The notes beneath the pieces were generated by a model, which made no database searches, was not told the origin of the DNA, and saw nothing but the letters and a program-made list of their open reading frames with translations. Shown here piece after piece: positions 40,058-50,550 of a stretch of 64,000 nucleotides of DNA (its first letter is position 1; the number at the start of each line of letters is the position of its first letter). The position numbers were made by a program, and so were the translations under genes. Origin of the DNA: a bacterium. GTDB lineage: Bacteria > Patescibacteriota > Minisyncoccia > Phycocordibacterales > GWA1-40-21. The stretch is taken from positions 8,851 to 72,850 of the forward strand of contig JBAXQJ010000002.1 of NCBI GenBank assembly GCA_037131755.1, given 5' to 3'.

Positions 40058-40191
40058 GATATTATAGTATGTGGATTAGTTAAATAAGTCAAGATTTTTA
40101 ATTTATTTCCTTGTGATAAAATGATTCCCGTTGTGCCCGTCATGCGGACGCAATTTTTAATCAAACGAATTATTAATTTAATCGTATTTAA

Positions 40192-41487
<1,296 letters not shown>

Positions 41488-41499
41488 TATAACATCTTT

Positions 41500-43053
41500 A
41501 TGTTAAAAGAAACCTCAATTAAAAAACCCCACTACGCTAAAGTTACGCGGGGCAGACAAGTAGCTTTGATAGTTCTTGATGGTTGGGGGTACAGAGAAGA
41601 GAAGGAGAATAATGCCATAGCGGAGGCTAAAACGCCATTTTTTGATGAGTTGTGGGAGAATTATCCACATTCATTACTAGAGGCGTCCGGCTTGGCTGTG
41701 GGGCTCCCAGAAGGTCAGATGGGCAATAGTGAGGTGGGGCATACTACCATAGGGGCGGGAAAGATAGTCTATACGGATTTGGTGCGAATTAGCTTGGCAG
41801 CGAAGAATGGGGAATTTGATACTAACGAAACTTTCCAGAAACTTTTTGCTCATGCTTTAAAAAATAATTCTACACTACATTTAATGGGACTCATTGGTCC
41901 TGGTGGTGTGCATGCGCATAGTGAGCATTTGTATGAAATACTAAAAGCGGCCAAAAGAGCAGGTTTGAAAAAAGTAGCGATTCACGCTTTTACGGATGGT
42001 AGGGATACGCCACCACAGAGCGCGGCGGGGTATTTGGCTGAGCTTGAAGAAAAAATAAATGAAATAGGTATTGGCTTTATCTCTACGATGACTGGGAGAT
42101 ATTTTGCTATGGACCGGGATAATAATTGGGATAGATTAAAAAAAGCGGAAGATGCAATTTTTAAAGGCGAGGGGATGCAAGCCGGAAATCAGAAAGCCTC
42201 TGACGTGGCTAAATTATTTTATACAAAAGAAAAGACGGATGAGCATTTTGAGCCGGTAGTTTTCTTAAATAAAGAAGGACAGAAGGAATTAATAGGTGAG
42301 AAAGATGCCGTTTTCTTTTGGAATTTCCGGGCTGACCGGGCGAGAATGCTTTCTGAAAAAATTACCAAGTGGACCATGGTTCACTTTGGATTGTTTGGAA
42401 CGATGACTAATTATAGTAAGGATCTGGATTGCTTGGTGGCTTTTGGGCCAACAAATATTGAGACTACTTTGGCCAAGGAGATTTCAGAGGCTGGGCTGAC
42501 CCAGGCGCATATTGCCGAGACGGAAAAATTTGCTCATGCTACATATTTTCTGAATGGTGGGGAAGAAAAGCCATATGAGAATGAAAAACATATTTTAGTG
42601 GAAAGTAGAAAAGATGTAGCTACTCATGATCTAGCACCAGAAATGAGAGCGCAAGAAATTGCCGATAAAGCGATAGAAGAAATAAATAAAAGCACGGATT
42701 TTATCTTTGTAAATTTTGCCAATGCCGATATGGTGGGGCATACGGCAAATAAAGAGGCGATTATTGCCGGCGTGGAAAAAGTGGATCAGGAATTGAGAAG
42801 GGTAATAGAGGCTTTGGAAGCAAAAGGTGGTGTTGCTTTCATCACCGCTGATCATGGTAATGCGGAAATAAATGTGGATGCGGAAACTGGTAAGAAACAT
42901 ACGGCGCATACTTTGAGTCCGGTACCAGCAATTCTCACTGATAAAAATAAAAAACTAAAGACTGGAACTTTGGCCGATATTGCGCCGACAGTCCTGGCTG
43001 AATTAGAAATAGAAAAACCGGAGACAATGGGTGGAGAAAGTTTATTTGATTGA
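41500..43053 (+). CDS. gpmI: 2,3-bisphosphoglycerate-independent phosphoglycerate mutase
   Basis: LDGWG, MGNSEVGH, TDGRD, AETEKFAH, DMVGHT, TADHGN. Confidence 0.97.
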   Translation: MLKETSIKKPHYAKVTRGRQVALIVLDGWGYREEKENNAIAEAKTPFFDELWENYPHSLLEASGLAVGLPEGQMGNSEVGHTTIGAGKIVYTDLVRISLAAKNGEFDTNETFQKLFAHALKNNSTLHLMGLIGPGGVHAHSEHLYEILKAAKRAGLKKVAIHAFTDGRDTPPQSAAGYLAELEEKINEIGIGFISTMTGRYFAMDRDNNWDRLKKAEDAIFKGEGMQAGNQKASDVAKLFYTKEKTDEHFEPVVFLNKEGQKELIGEKDAVFFWNFRADRARMLSEKITKWTMVHFGLFGTMTNYSKDLDCLVAFGPTNIETTLAKEISEAGLTQAHIAETEKFAHATYFLNGGEEKPYENEKHILVESRKDVATHDLAPEMRAQEIADKAIEEINKSTDFIFVNFANADMVGHTANKEAIIAGVEKVDQELRRVIEALEAKGGVAFITADHGNAEINVDAETGKKHTAHTLSPVPAILTDKNKKLKTGTLADIAPTVLAELEIEKPETMGGESLFD

Positions 43054-43142
43054 TGGTGCTGGACTGCTCGTGGCCTAAGTTTAACGTTTGTCCTCTTTCA
43101 TGCTATCATTTTACCGTATTATTAAATTAAGAATTCAAAGCC

Positions 43143-43589
43143 ATGATTAAAGCCATTGTAGACTTTTTCGATAAACTTGAGGATCGAGTCAGAATAAGAC
43201 TTAGCCGGTACCCAATATTTTTCGCTTTTTTGGCCGGTTTTGCTATCGTGGAGTTTTGGCGCGGGGTCTGGCATATGACTGACAATTTCACTGCTTACTT
43301 GGGTCTTGACCCGCTCGGTTGGGAATCCAGTCTGGCATCAATCGTGGTCTCTAGCGTTATTTTGCTTATGACCGGAATCTACGTGGCTCTGTTTTTGACC
43401 GGTGACGGAATTATCATGGAGGGTAAGAAAGGCCAAACCAAGAAAATGTTTGAACGGACTGAAGAGGAAATAAAACAGGAAAAGAAGGAGCTTTTGCGGG
43501 AGGGATTAAAAATTCAGAAACTTGAGGAGAAGATAGATTTACTGACTGAGGAAATAACCCAACTAAAAGATGTTTTGGCAAAGAAATAA
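43143..43589 (+). CDS. hypothetical membrane protein with coiled-coil tail
   Basis: 2 TM helices, FWRGVWH motif, charged C-terminus. Confidence 0.75.
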   Translation: MIKAIVDFFDKLEDRVRIRLSRYPIFFAFLAGFAIVEFWRGVWHMTDNFTAYLGLDPLGWESSLASIVVSSVILLMTGIYVALFLTGDGIIMEGKKGQTKKMFERTEEEIKQEKKELLREGLKIQKLEEKIDLLTEEITQLKDVLAKK

Positions 43590-44478
43590 AAAGAAGACAG
43601 TGGCCGTTCATGACGGTCACTTTCATACTGATGACGTTTTTGCTGTGGCGATTTTGTCCTTGGCTTTAAAGGGTAATATTAAAGTAACCAGGACTAGAGA
43701 TATCGAGGTAATCAGGAAAAGCGATTATGCGCTCGATGTTGGACGCGAGTATGATCCAAGTAGAAATCGTTTTGATCATCATCAGCCAGGAGTACCGGTA
43801 AGAAGCAATGGCGTACCCTACGCGGCCTGCGGTCTGGTCTGGAAACATTTTGGCGATAAGATTGCCGGCTCTTCTGACGCAGCCAAAATAATCGATGAAA
43901 AAATAATTCAAGTCGTCGATGCCCAGGATAGCGCTATCAATACTCACAATCGAATTATTGACGGATTGGAACCTTATTTGTTCATCGATTATATTTTTGG
44001 TTTAAATCCAACTTGGAAAGAAAAAAACGTTACACCCTACGAAAGGTTTTTGGTGGCCGTCGAAAAGGTCAAGGCAATGCTTGTTCATGAAATAAAACGG
44101 GCGAAAGATTATTTGGAGGGAGTGGAGATCGTCAACAAAATTTATCGAGAAACTACTGATAAACGGATTATTGTTTTAGATGATCAGTATTCGTGGAAGA
44201 AAGTGTTGGCCGAATATCCGGAGCCTTTGTTTGTAGTCAGACCAGTTTTCGATAGCGGCGTCTGGTATGCATCGGCGGTCCAAATCAAAGACCAAAAGTT
44301 TGTAAATCGGGCTAATTTTCCAGCCGCTTGGGGTGGTAAAGACGGCGAAGAAATAAAAAAAATTACCGGGGTTCCCGATGCTGTTTTCTGTCACGCCGGC
44401 CTTTTTATGTGTTCAGCCAAGACAAAAGAAGGGGCAATCGCTCTCGCCAAACTGGCGCTTGAAGACAAGAGCTTGTAA
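43570..44478 (+). CDS. MYG1 family protein (putative exonuclease)
   Basis: HDGHFHTDD, RTRD, DVG..YDP...RFDHHQ, GLVWKHFG, FCHAGLF. Confidence 0.92.
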   Translation: MFWQRNKKKTVAVHDGHFHTDDVFAVAILSLALKGNIKVTRTRDIEVIRKSDYALDVGREYDPSRNRFDHHQPGVPVRSNGVPYAACGLVWKHFGDKIAGSSDAAKIIDEKIIQVVDAQDSAINTHNRIIDGLEPYLFIDYIFGLNPTWKEKNVTPYERFLVAVEKVKAMLVHEIKRAKDYLEGVEIVNKIYRETTDKRIIVLDDQYSWKKVLAEYPEPLFVVRPVFDSGVWYASAVQIKDQKFVNRANFPAAWGGKDGEEIKKITGVPDAVFCHAGLFMCSAKTKEGAIALAKLALEDKSL

Positions 44479-44521
44479 TAAAACCCAATCTACGATATAC
44501 AGTATACTATTCTACAAACAT

Positions 44522-45496
44522 ATGGCATTCATTGATGAATTAAAAATACATGTAAAGGCAGGCAATGGCGGCAATGGCGTGGTGCGCTGGTTGCATATTC
44601 GAGGCAAGGAAATGGCTGGTCCGTCCGGCGGCAATGGCGGCAATGGCGGTGACGTCTACGCGAGAGCGGTTCGCGATATCGGCATATTGGCCAATTATAA
44701 GAACCGAAAAGAATTTGTTGGTGAACGCGGTGGTGATGGCGCCAAGGATAGCATGCATGGCAAAAACGGTGAGATTCTTTATATTGATCTGCCAATTGGT
44801 TCGATCGTCACAAACTTGCAGACCGAAGGAAAAATCTATTTGGAAAAAGAAGGCGAGACGAAACTCCTGGCTAAGGGGGCGCGCGGCGGGCTCGGTAACG
44901 AATTTTTCAAATCATCAACCAATCAGGCACCAAAAGAATATACGACCGGAAAGGCTGGAGAAGAATTTGATTTTTATGTTGAGGTAGAGATGGTCGCTGA
45001 TGCGGGACTCATTGGTCTGCCCAATGCCGGCAAATCGAGCCTGATAAACGAACTGACCAATGCCAAATCAAAAGTGGGGGCTTATCAATTTACCACTTTG
45101 GAACCGGCACTTGGCGACATGTACGGGTATATTTTGGCGGATCTGCCAGGTCTGATCGAGGGGGCATCCGAAGGCCGAGGCCTTGGGCACAAATTCTTGC
45201 GACATATCAAGCGGACTAAAATCTTATTCCACTGCATTTCTTTGGAGAGCGAGGATCTGGTCAGGGATTACAAAACCATTCGCCAGGAACTGAAAGACTA
45301 TAGTGAAGAGTTGGCAGAAAAAGAAGAAGTGGTTATTTTAACCAAGACGGATATGGTGGCTGAAAAAGTCTTAATCGCGGCTAAAAAGAAAATTTCCAAA
45401 CTGAATAAAAATATTTTGACCGTCACTATTTTAGAAGATGAGTCAATAAAAAATCTGAAAGACGAGCTGATAAAAATACTCAGAAAATTGGGGTAG
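44522..45496 (+). CDS. obg: GTPase Obg/CgtA
   Basis: MAFIDE, Gly-rich Obg fold, GLPNAGKS, YQFTTL, DLPGLIEG; start moved to 44522. Confidence 0.96.
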   Translation: MAFIDELKIHVKAGNGGNGVVRWLHIRGKEMAGPSGGNGGNGGDVYARAVRDIGILANYKNRKEFVGERGGDGAKDSMHGKNGEILYIDLPIGSIVTNLQTEGKIYLEKEGETKLLAKGARGGLGNEFFKSSTNQAPKEYTTGKAGEEFDFYVEVEMVADAGLIGLPNAGKSSLINELTNAKSKVGAYQFTTLEPALGDMYGYILADLPGLIEGASEGRGLGHKFLRHIKRTKILFHCISLESEDLVRDYKTIRQELKDYSEELAEKEEVVILTKTDMVAEKVLIAAKKKISKLNKNILTVTILEDESIKNLKDELIKILRKLG

Positions 45497-45579
45497 GACT
45501 GTGATCCTTCTTGCATCTTTCAAGCTTTGTGCTAATTTTAAATCAGGTCTTTGAGTCTAAATGTTGGAGGAGGTGAAAT

Positions 45580-45843
45580 ATGAGTAAATTAGTCAGTGAT
45601 GTAAAGAATCTTTTGGCTCGTGGTCACAATCGGGTCTGTCTCATGGCACGGTCATTTGTGGATGACGGGCAAGTCATCGCCTTGAGTCCGCCGGAGATGT
45701 GCCTGGTGACTGGTGTCGATGGCGACGCTTTTGTTGGCCGGCTGGTTGTAAAAAACAAGACAGCCAAGATCCCGGTTACGGATTGTTATCTTCCCAGCGT
45801 CACGGAAGCCTCAATTTTGGATCGGCCGGGTCTGCTGATCTAA
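45580..45843 (+). CDS. small hypothetical protein (SD-class ORFan)
   Basis: GGAGGAGGTGA upstream of ATG; TTGCAT-16-TGcTAATTT; terminator at 45858-45887. Confidence 0.75.
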   Translation: MSKLVSDVKNLLARGHNRVCLMARSFVDDGQVIALSPPEMCLVTGVDGDAFVGRLVVKNKTAKIPVTDCYLPSVTEASILDRPGLLI

Positions 45844-45914
45844 TGTCTTCTTTTGTCGGCCGCGAGAATACTCGCGGCCTGTTTTTTATATAAAATTATG
45901 CTATTATCTCTCGT

Positions 45915-47342
45915 ATGTTGAATGCAAAATACAAAGCCACAATCGGTTTGGAAATTCATGCCGAGCTTAAGACTAAAAGTAAGATGTTTTGCGGCTGCAA
46001 AAATGATCCAGAAGAAAGCGAACCAAATAAAAATATTTGTCCGATCTGTACAGGGCACCCGGGGACTTTGCCGGTCATTAACAAGCAGGCGGTCAAGAAC
46101 GTTTTAAAGGTGGGAGTAGCGATTGGCGCGGATCTGGCCGATTTTACCGAATGGGACCGAAAGAATTATTTTTATCCCGACATCCCCAAAGGCTATCAGA
46201 TCAGTCAGTATAAATACCCGCTAGTCTCCGGTGGTCTTTTGCATGGGGTAAAAATAACCAGAATTCACCTGGAGGAAGACACAGCAAGCTCGTCACATGA
46301 GGGCGGGGATTATTCTCTGGTGGATTTTAATCGGGCCGGCGTGCCGCTCATGGAACTCGTGACTGAACCGGTTATTCACTCAGGAAAAGAGGCGGCTGAT
46401 TTCGCGAGAGAGCTTCAGTTACTCTTGCAGTACTTGGGTGCCGGTGAGGCAAATATGGAAAAGGGTGAGATGAGAATCGAAGCAAATATCTCGGTGAGTC
46501 AGACGGATACCCTAGGTACAAAAGTGGAAGTGAAAAATATCAATTCATTCAAAGCGGTAGAAAAAGCGGTGGCTTATGAAATTGAAAGGCATATCGGGGT
46601 CTTGGAAAGCGGTGGAAGCATCGTCCAGGAGACTCGCGGTTGGAATGAAGACAGGCAAGCGACATTTACACAGCGGTTGAAAGAAAATTCTCACGACTAC
46701 CGATATTTTCCCGATCCGGATTTGCCAAAATTCAAGATCTCAGAGATGCCGGAATTTGATCGGGAGGTTTTGAGAAAAGAATTTCCAGAATTGCCTTGGG
46801 AAAAGCGTGATCGCTATGAAAAAGATTATGGCATCAAGGCGGGAGATGTTGAAATATACATCAAACCGGGCTTGATCAGCAGTTTCTTTGAAAAAGTTTG
46901 CGCTGATTTTGCTGGCGACAAGAACCTGATCAAATTGGCTTCAAACTATATTACTTCGGACTTGTTGGGCTTGATGAAAAATGCAGACGTTGAAAGTCTG
47001 GGTTTGGTGAGCGATAAAAACTTTTCTGATCTGATAAAAATGGTCGCAGAAAGCAAGATTTCTTCACGTGGTGCCAAGGACATTCTGAAAATGATGTTTG
47101 AAAAGGGCGGCCAGCCGATGGAGATTGCCGAAACCGAAAACCTTCTGCAAAAAAGCGATCTCGGCGAGCTTCAGGCGATTGCTGAAAAAATCATTATCGA
47201 TAGTCCCAAGATCGTCGCCGACTATAAGGCTGGCAAGGAAGTGGCGCTCCAGTCCTTGGTGGGACAGGGGATGAAGGCCACCAAAGGCTCGGCCAATCCG
47301 CAGGTCTTGAAGGAAGTCTTTTTGAGTCTGCTTAATAAATAG
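45915..47342 (+). CDS. gatB: Asp/Glu-tRNA amidotransferase subunit B
   Basis: IGLEIHAEL, RKNYFYPD, HLEED, NRAGVPLMELVTEP, YRYFPDPDL. Confidence 0.97.
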   Translation: MLNAKYKATIGLEIHAELKTKSKMFCGCKNDPEESEPNKNICPICTGHPGTLPVINKQAVKNVLKVGVAIGADLADFTEWDRKNYFYPDIPKGYQISQYKYPLVSGGLLHGVKITRIHLEEDTASSSHEGGDYSLVDFNRAGVPLMELVTEPVIHSGKEAADFARELQLLLQYLGAGEANMEKGEMRIEANISVSQTDTLGTKVEVKNINSFKAVEKAVAYEIERHIGVLESGGSIVQETRGWNEDRQATFTQRLKENSHDYRYFPDPDLPKFKISEMPEFDREVLRKEFPELPWEKRDRYEKDYGIKAGDVEIYIKPGLISSFFEKVCADFAGDKNLIKLASNYITSDLLGLMKNADVESLGLVSDKNFSDLIKMVAESKISSRGAKDILKMMFEKGGQPMEIAETENLLQKSDLGELQAIAEKIIIDSPKIVADYKAGKEVALQSLVGQGMKATKGSANPQVLKEVFLSLLNK

Positions 47343-47360
47343 GCTATAATAGTATCCAGG

Positions 47361-47906
47361 ATGTTTAAAACAAAGGAGACAATCAAGGTCAAGATAAATG
47401 CTCCCAAGAAGAGTCTTGGCAAGATTTTTGTCGGTACCGACCATGCCGGCTTTGAGATGAAAGAAAAATTGGTTCCCTTCATAAAAAAACTCGGTTACGA
47501 GGTGACCGATTGCGGCGCTTTCAAGTATGATGAGTTTGATGACTATCCGGATTTTATTGCCCCGGTAGCTAAGGCCGTGTCCGATCAGCCAGAAAAAATA
47601 AAAGGTATTATTTTGGGCGGGTCAGGCCAAGGCGAAGCGATAGTCGCCAATAGGTTTCCCAATGTTCGAGCGGTAGTCTTGTATGCCAATCCGATTTACA
47701 AGGTTTCAGATATCGTCAAATTGAGCCGGGAACATAATGACGCCAATATCCTGTCTTTAGGAGCGCGATTTTTGGCCTTGAGCGATGCGAAAGAAGCGAT
47801 TAGGGAATGGTTGGGCACCCAATTTTCTAATGAGTACAAACATATTCGCCGTTTGAAAAAGTTAGACAGAATTTCCCGTGAGATAAGACTCAAGTCCCAT
47901 TTTTAA
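47361..47906 (+). CDS. rpiB: ribose-5-phosphate isomerase B
   Basis: GTDHAGF, DDYPD, GGSGQGE, REHNDANILSLGAR. Confidence 0.92.
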   Translation: MFKTKETIKVKINAPKKSLGKIFVGTDHAGFEMKEKLVPFIKKLGYEVTDCGAFKYDEFDDYPDFIAPVAKAVSDQPEKIKGIILGGSGQGEAIVANRFPNVRAVVLYANPIYKVSDIVKLSREHNDANILSLGARFLALSDAKEAIREWLGTQFSNEYKHIRRLKKLDRISREIRLKSHF

Positions 47907-47922
47907 ATTTTTTAATCCCCCT

Positions 47923-47990
47923 CTGTCATCCTCGTGAAAACGGGGATCCAGAAAAATTAAAACTAGATTCCCGCCTGCGCGGGAATGACA
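47923..47990. repeat. inverted doublet of REP-like palindromes (copies 3 and 4)
   Basis: CTGTCATCCTCGTGAAAACGGGGATCCAG (47923-47951) and CTAGATTCCCGCCTGCGCGGGAATGACA (47963-47990). Confidence 0.8.
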
Positions 47991-48017
47991 ACATTAAAGA
48001 AATTAACAATTATAATC

Positions 48018-48746
48018 ATGACCGAAATCATCCCCGCCATCTTGCCGGAAAATATCGAAGAATTGCGTTCGCAGATGTCTCGCGTGTCAGGGCTCGTCCC
48101 TCTGGTGCAGGTGGATGTCTGTGACGGCAAATTCGTGCCGCACAAAAGCTGGCCTTACGTGAAAGGTGGAATGGAAGAGCTCAATAACATCGTGGCAGAA
48201 AACGAAGGTTTTCCATTCTGGGATTCCTTGGAATTTGAAGCCGACCTAATGGTCCGCCATCCGGAAGAAATCGTTTTTGATTGGATCAAGGCGGGAGCGA
48301 GAAGGATCGTCTTGCATTTGGGTTCAGGCCCACGCCTCTTGGAATTGGTTGAGAAAATTCGCGACGAACATGGTACGGCTCGGGATTCGGAATATGGTAT
48401 AGAGATCGGTGTGGCTGTCCATATGGATAATGACAACGCAGAAGTTTATCCTTTCCTAGACTTGGTCGACGAAGGTGGTTACCCGATCATCGACTTTGTC
48501 CAGTTTATGGGAATTGATAATGTCGGTTTCCAGCACCAGGAATTTGACGACCGAGTTCTGGAAAAAATCAGCGACCTGCGGGGAATGTATCCCGACATCG
48601 AGATCAGTGTCGATGGTGGAGTGGGTTTTGATAATGCTTCAGACTTGATTAGCGCTGGCGCCACCCGTCTGATTTCCGGTTCGACTATTTTTGATAGCGA
48701 GGATGTGGCCGAGGCAATACATGATTTACGTAATTCTGGTGAGTAA
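48018..48746 (+). CDS. rpe: ribulose-phosphate 3-epimerase
   Basis: IIPAIL, QVDVCDGKFVP, LMV..P, QFMG, SVDGGV, GSTIF; start moved to 48018. Confidence 0.88.
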   Translation: MTEIIPAILPENIEELRSQMSRVSGLVPLVQVDVCDGKFVPHKSWPYVKGGMEELNNIVAENEGFPFWDSLEFEADLMVRHPEEIVFDWIKAGARRIVLHLGSGPRLLELVEKIRDEHGTARDSEYGIEIGVAVHMDNDNAEVYPFLDLVDEGGYPIIDFVQFMGIDNVGFQHQEFDDRVLEKISDLRGMYPDIEISVDGGVGFDNASDLISAGATRLISGSTIFDSEDVAEAIHDLRNSGE

Positions 48747-48926
48747 AAAGCTCGGGTCATTGCTTTTTCTTAGCACGATATTAATTTTGCCGCCCGCCTT
48801 GCCAGCGAGGCAGGTCGCAAAATTAATTCTCTACTCCCTCGATTTTCTGCCTGCCTCGCCGACTCATCAAGGCGGGCTGAAAATCTCAGTCCGTAAGGCA
48901 CAAAAAAGCAATAACCTGAGCTTTTT
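48745..48926. repeat. composite palindromic element with two nested micro-insertions
   Basis: terminal IR AAAAAGCTCGGGTCATTGCTTTTT/AAAAAGCAATAACCTGAGCTTTTT; nested units at 48793-48814 and 48850-48876. Confidence 0.8.
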
Positions 48927-48956
48927 ATTTTGTCATTTATCTGATAAAATAAATTA

Positions 48957-49826
48957 ATGAAAACATTAAAAGACTATATCTTGGACGCGGAGAAAAGGGG
49001 AATCGCGGTCGGTCATTTTAATATTTCCAATCTCGAAATATTAAGGGGTATCTTTGAAGCTGCCAAGAAAATGGATTTGCCGGTCATTATCGGCACGGCC
49101 GAGGGTGAGCGAAATTTTATTGGCACTAAGCAGGCGGTGGCTCTCATAAAAAGCCTGCGGGAAGAATACGATTATCCGATTTTCCTAAATGCCGACCACA
49201 CTTATTCTTTTGACAAGGTCAAAGAGGCGATCGATGCCGGCTATGACGCGGTGATTTTTGATGCTACCGATTTGTCGTTTGAAGAAAATATCAGAGTGAC
49301 CAAACAGTGTGTGGATTATGCTCGAAGTGTAAATCCAGACATTATCGTCGAAGCTGAACTTGGTTTTATTGGCAAGTCTTCGCAGGTCTTGGAAGTAATT
49401 CCAGAAGGGGTAAAGATCACCGAAGAATTTTTGACAAAACCTGAAGACGCCAAACGGTTTGTGGCTGAGACTGGCGTTCATATGCTGGCTCCAGCCGTCG
49501 GGAATATTCACGGTATGCTCAAGGGTGGAAAAGATCCAGCTTTGAATATTGAGAGAATAAAAGAAATTAAAGAAGCGATCGGAATCCCCATGGTTCTTCA
49601 CGGTGCTTCCGGTAATTCAGCCGAAGATATAAAAGCGGCGATCAAGGCCGGTATGTCGGTGGTGCATATAAATACCGAAATTCGCGTAGCTTACAAAAAT
49701 GCCCTTAAACTTGGCCTACAGGAAAATCCCGACGAAGTGGCACCATATAAATACATGAAAGGGACGATTTCAGCGGTGGAGAAGGTGGTGGAGGATAAAA
49801 TGAAGATTTTCAATAATCTGGGCTAG
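48957..49826 (+). CDS. fba: class II fructose-bisphosphate aldolase
   Basis: GHFN, NADH, VEAELG, AVGNIHG, VLHGASG, HINTE. Confidence 0.93.
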   Translation: MKTLKDYILDAEKRGIAVGHFNISNLEILRGIFEAAKKMDLPVIIGTAEGERNFIGTKQAVALIKSLREEYDYPIFLNADHTYSFDKVKEAIDAGYDAVIFDATDLSFEENIRVTKQCVDYARSVNPDIIVEAELGFIGKSSQVLEVIPEGVKITEEFLTKPEDAKRFVAETGVHMLAPAVGNIHGMLKGGKDPALNIERIKEIKEAIGIPMVLHGASGNSAEDIKAAIKAGMSVVHINTEIRVAYKNALKLGLQENPDEVAPYKYMKGTISAVEKVVEDKMKIFNNLG

Positions 49827-49869
49827 CCTCCCTTGCTTTTTAACGAAAAATATATATAATGCTCCTATT

Positions 49870-50526
49870 ATGTTAAAATTAAAGGTAGAAAAAAGAGATC
49901 TGACGGAAAACCTAGACGCTTTGCGAAAAGCCGGTACGGTTCCTGCCATCTTTTATGGTAAGAAGGAGGCCTCAACTCCAATCAAGGTTAAAATTGCCGA
50001 ATTCAGAAAAGCTTTCCGGGAAGCCGGCGAGTCGACAGTTGTCAGCCTGACCGGTGAGGGGATTGATGTTGATGTTTTGATTCATGATGTCGATTTCGAC
50101 CCAGTGACCGATTCTCCAATCCATGTCGACTTTTACGCTATCGAGAAAGGCAAGAAATTGACCGTCAAGGTCCCTCTTGAATTCGTCGGTGTCGCTCCAG
50201 CGGTCAAAGACCTCGGTGCGATTTTGGTCAAGGTGGCTCATGATTTGGAAATCGAAGCTTTGCCAAAAGACCTGCCACACGATTTGACTGTTGACATCAC
50301 AACTCTTGTGACTTTGAGCTCGGTCATTACTGCTAAAGAAATCAAGTTGCCAGAAGGCGTGACTCTCAAGGTTGATCCTGATGAAGTGGTTGCCTCGGTC
50401 TACGAGCCAAAGGAAGAAGTCGTCGAAGCCGCTCCTGTCGACCTCTCATCGATTGAGGTAGAAAAGAAGGGTAAGGAAGCCAAGGAAGGCGCTGAAGGCG
50501 AAGCCGTCGCAGAAGAGAAAAAATAA
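49870..50526 (+). CDS. rplY: 50S ribosomal protein L25 (CTC-type)
   Basis: VPAIFYG, IHVDFY, VPLEFVG, LPKDLP. Confidence 0.95.
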   Translation: MLKLKVEKRDLTENLDALRKAGTVPAIFYGKKEASTPIKVKIAEFRKAFREAGESTVVSLTGEGIDVDVLIHDVDFDPVTDSPIHVDFYAIEKGKKLTVKVPLEFVGVAPAVKDLGAILVKVAHDLEIEALPKDLPHDLTVDITTLVTLSSVITAKEIKLPEGVTLKVDPDEVVASVYEPKEEVVEAAPVDLSSIEVEKKGKEAKEGAEGEAVAEEKK

Positions 50527-50550
50527 TTTAAATGTGCTAAAATACCTTCG

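Noticed and set aside
48691-48957. 88 aa ORF between rpe and fba (also 61703-61969, 2973-3173 and 52106-52318)
   Set aside because: These frames run through palindromic repeats and show no protein-like features or start signals
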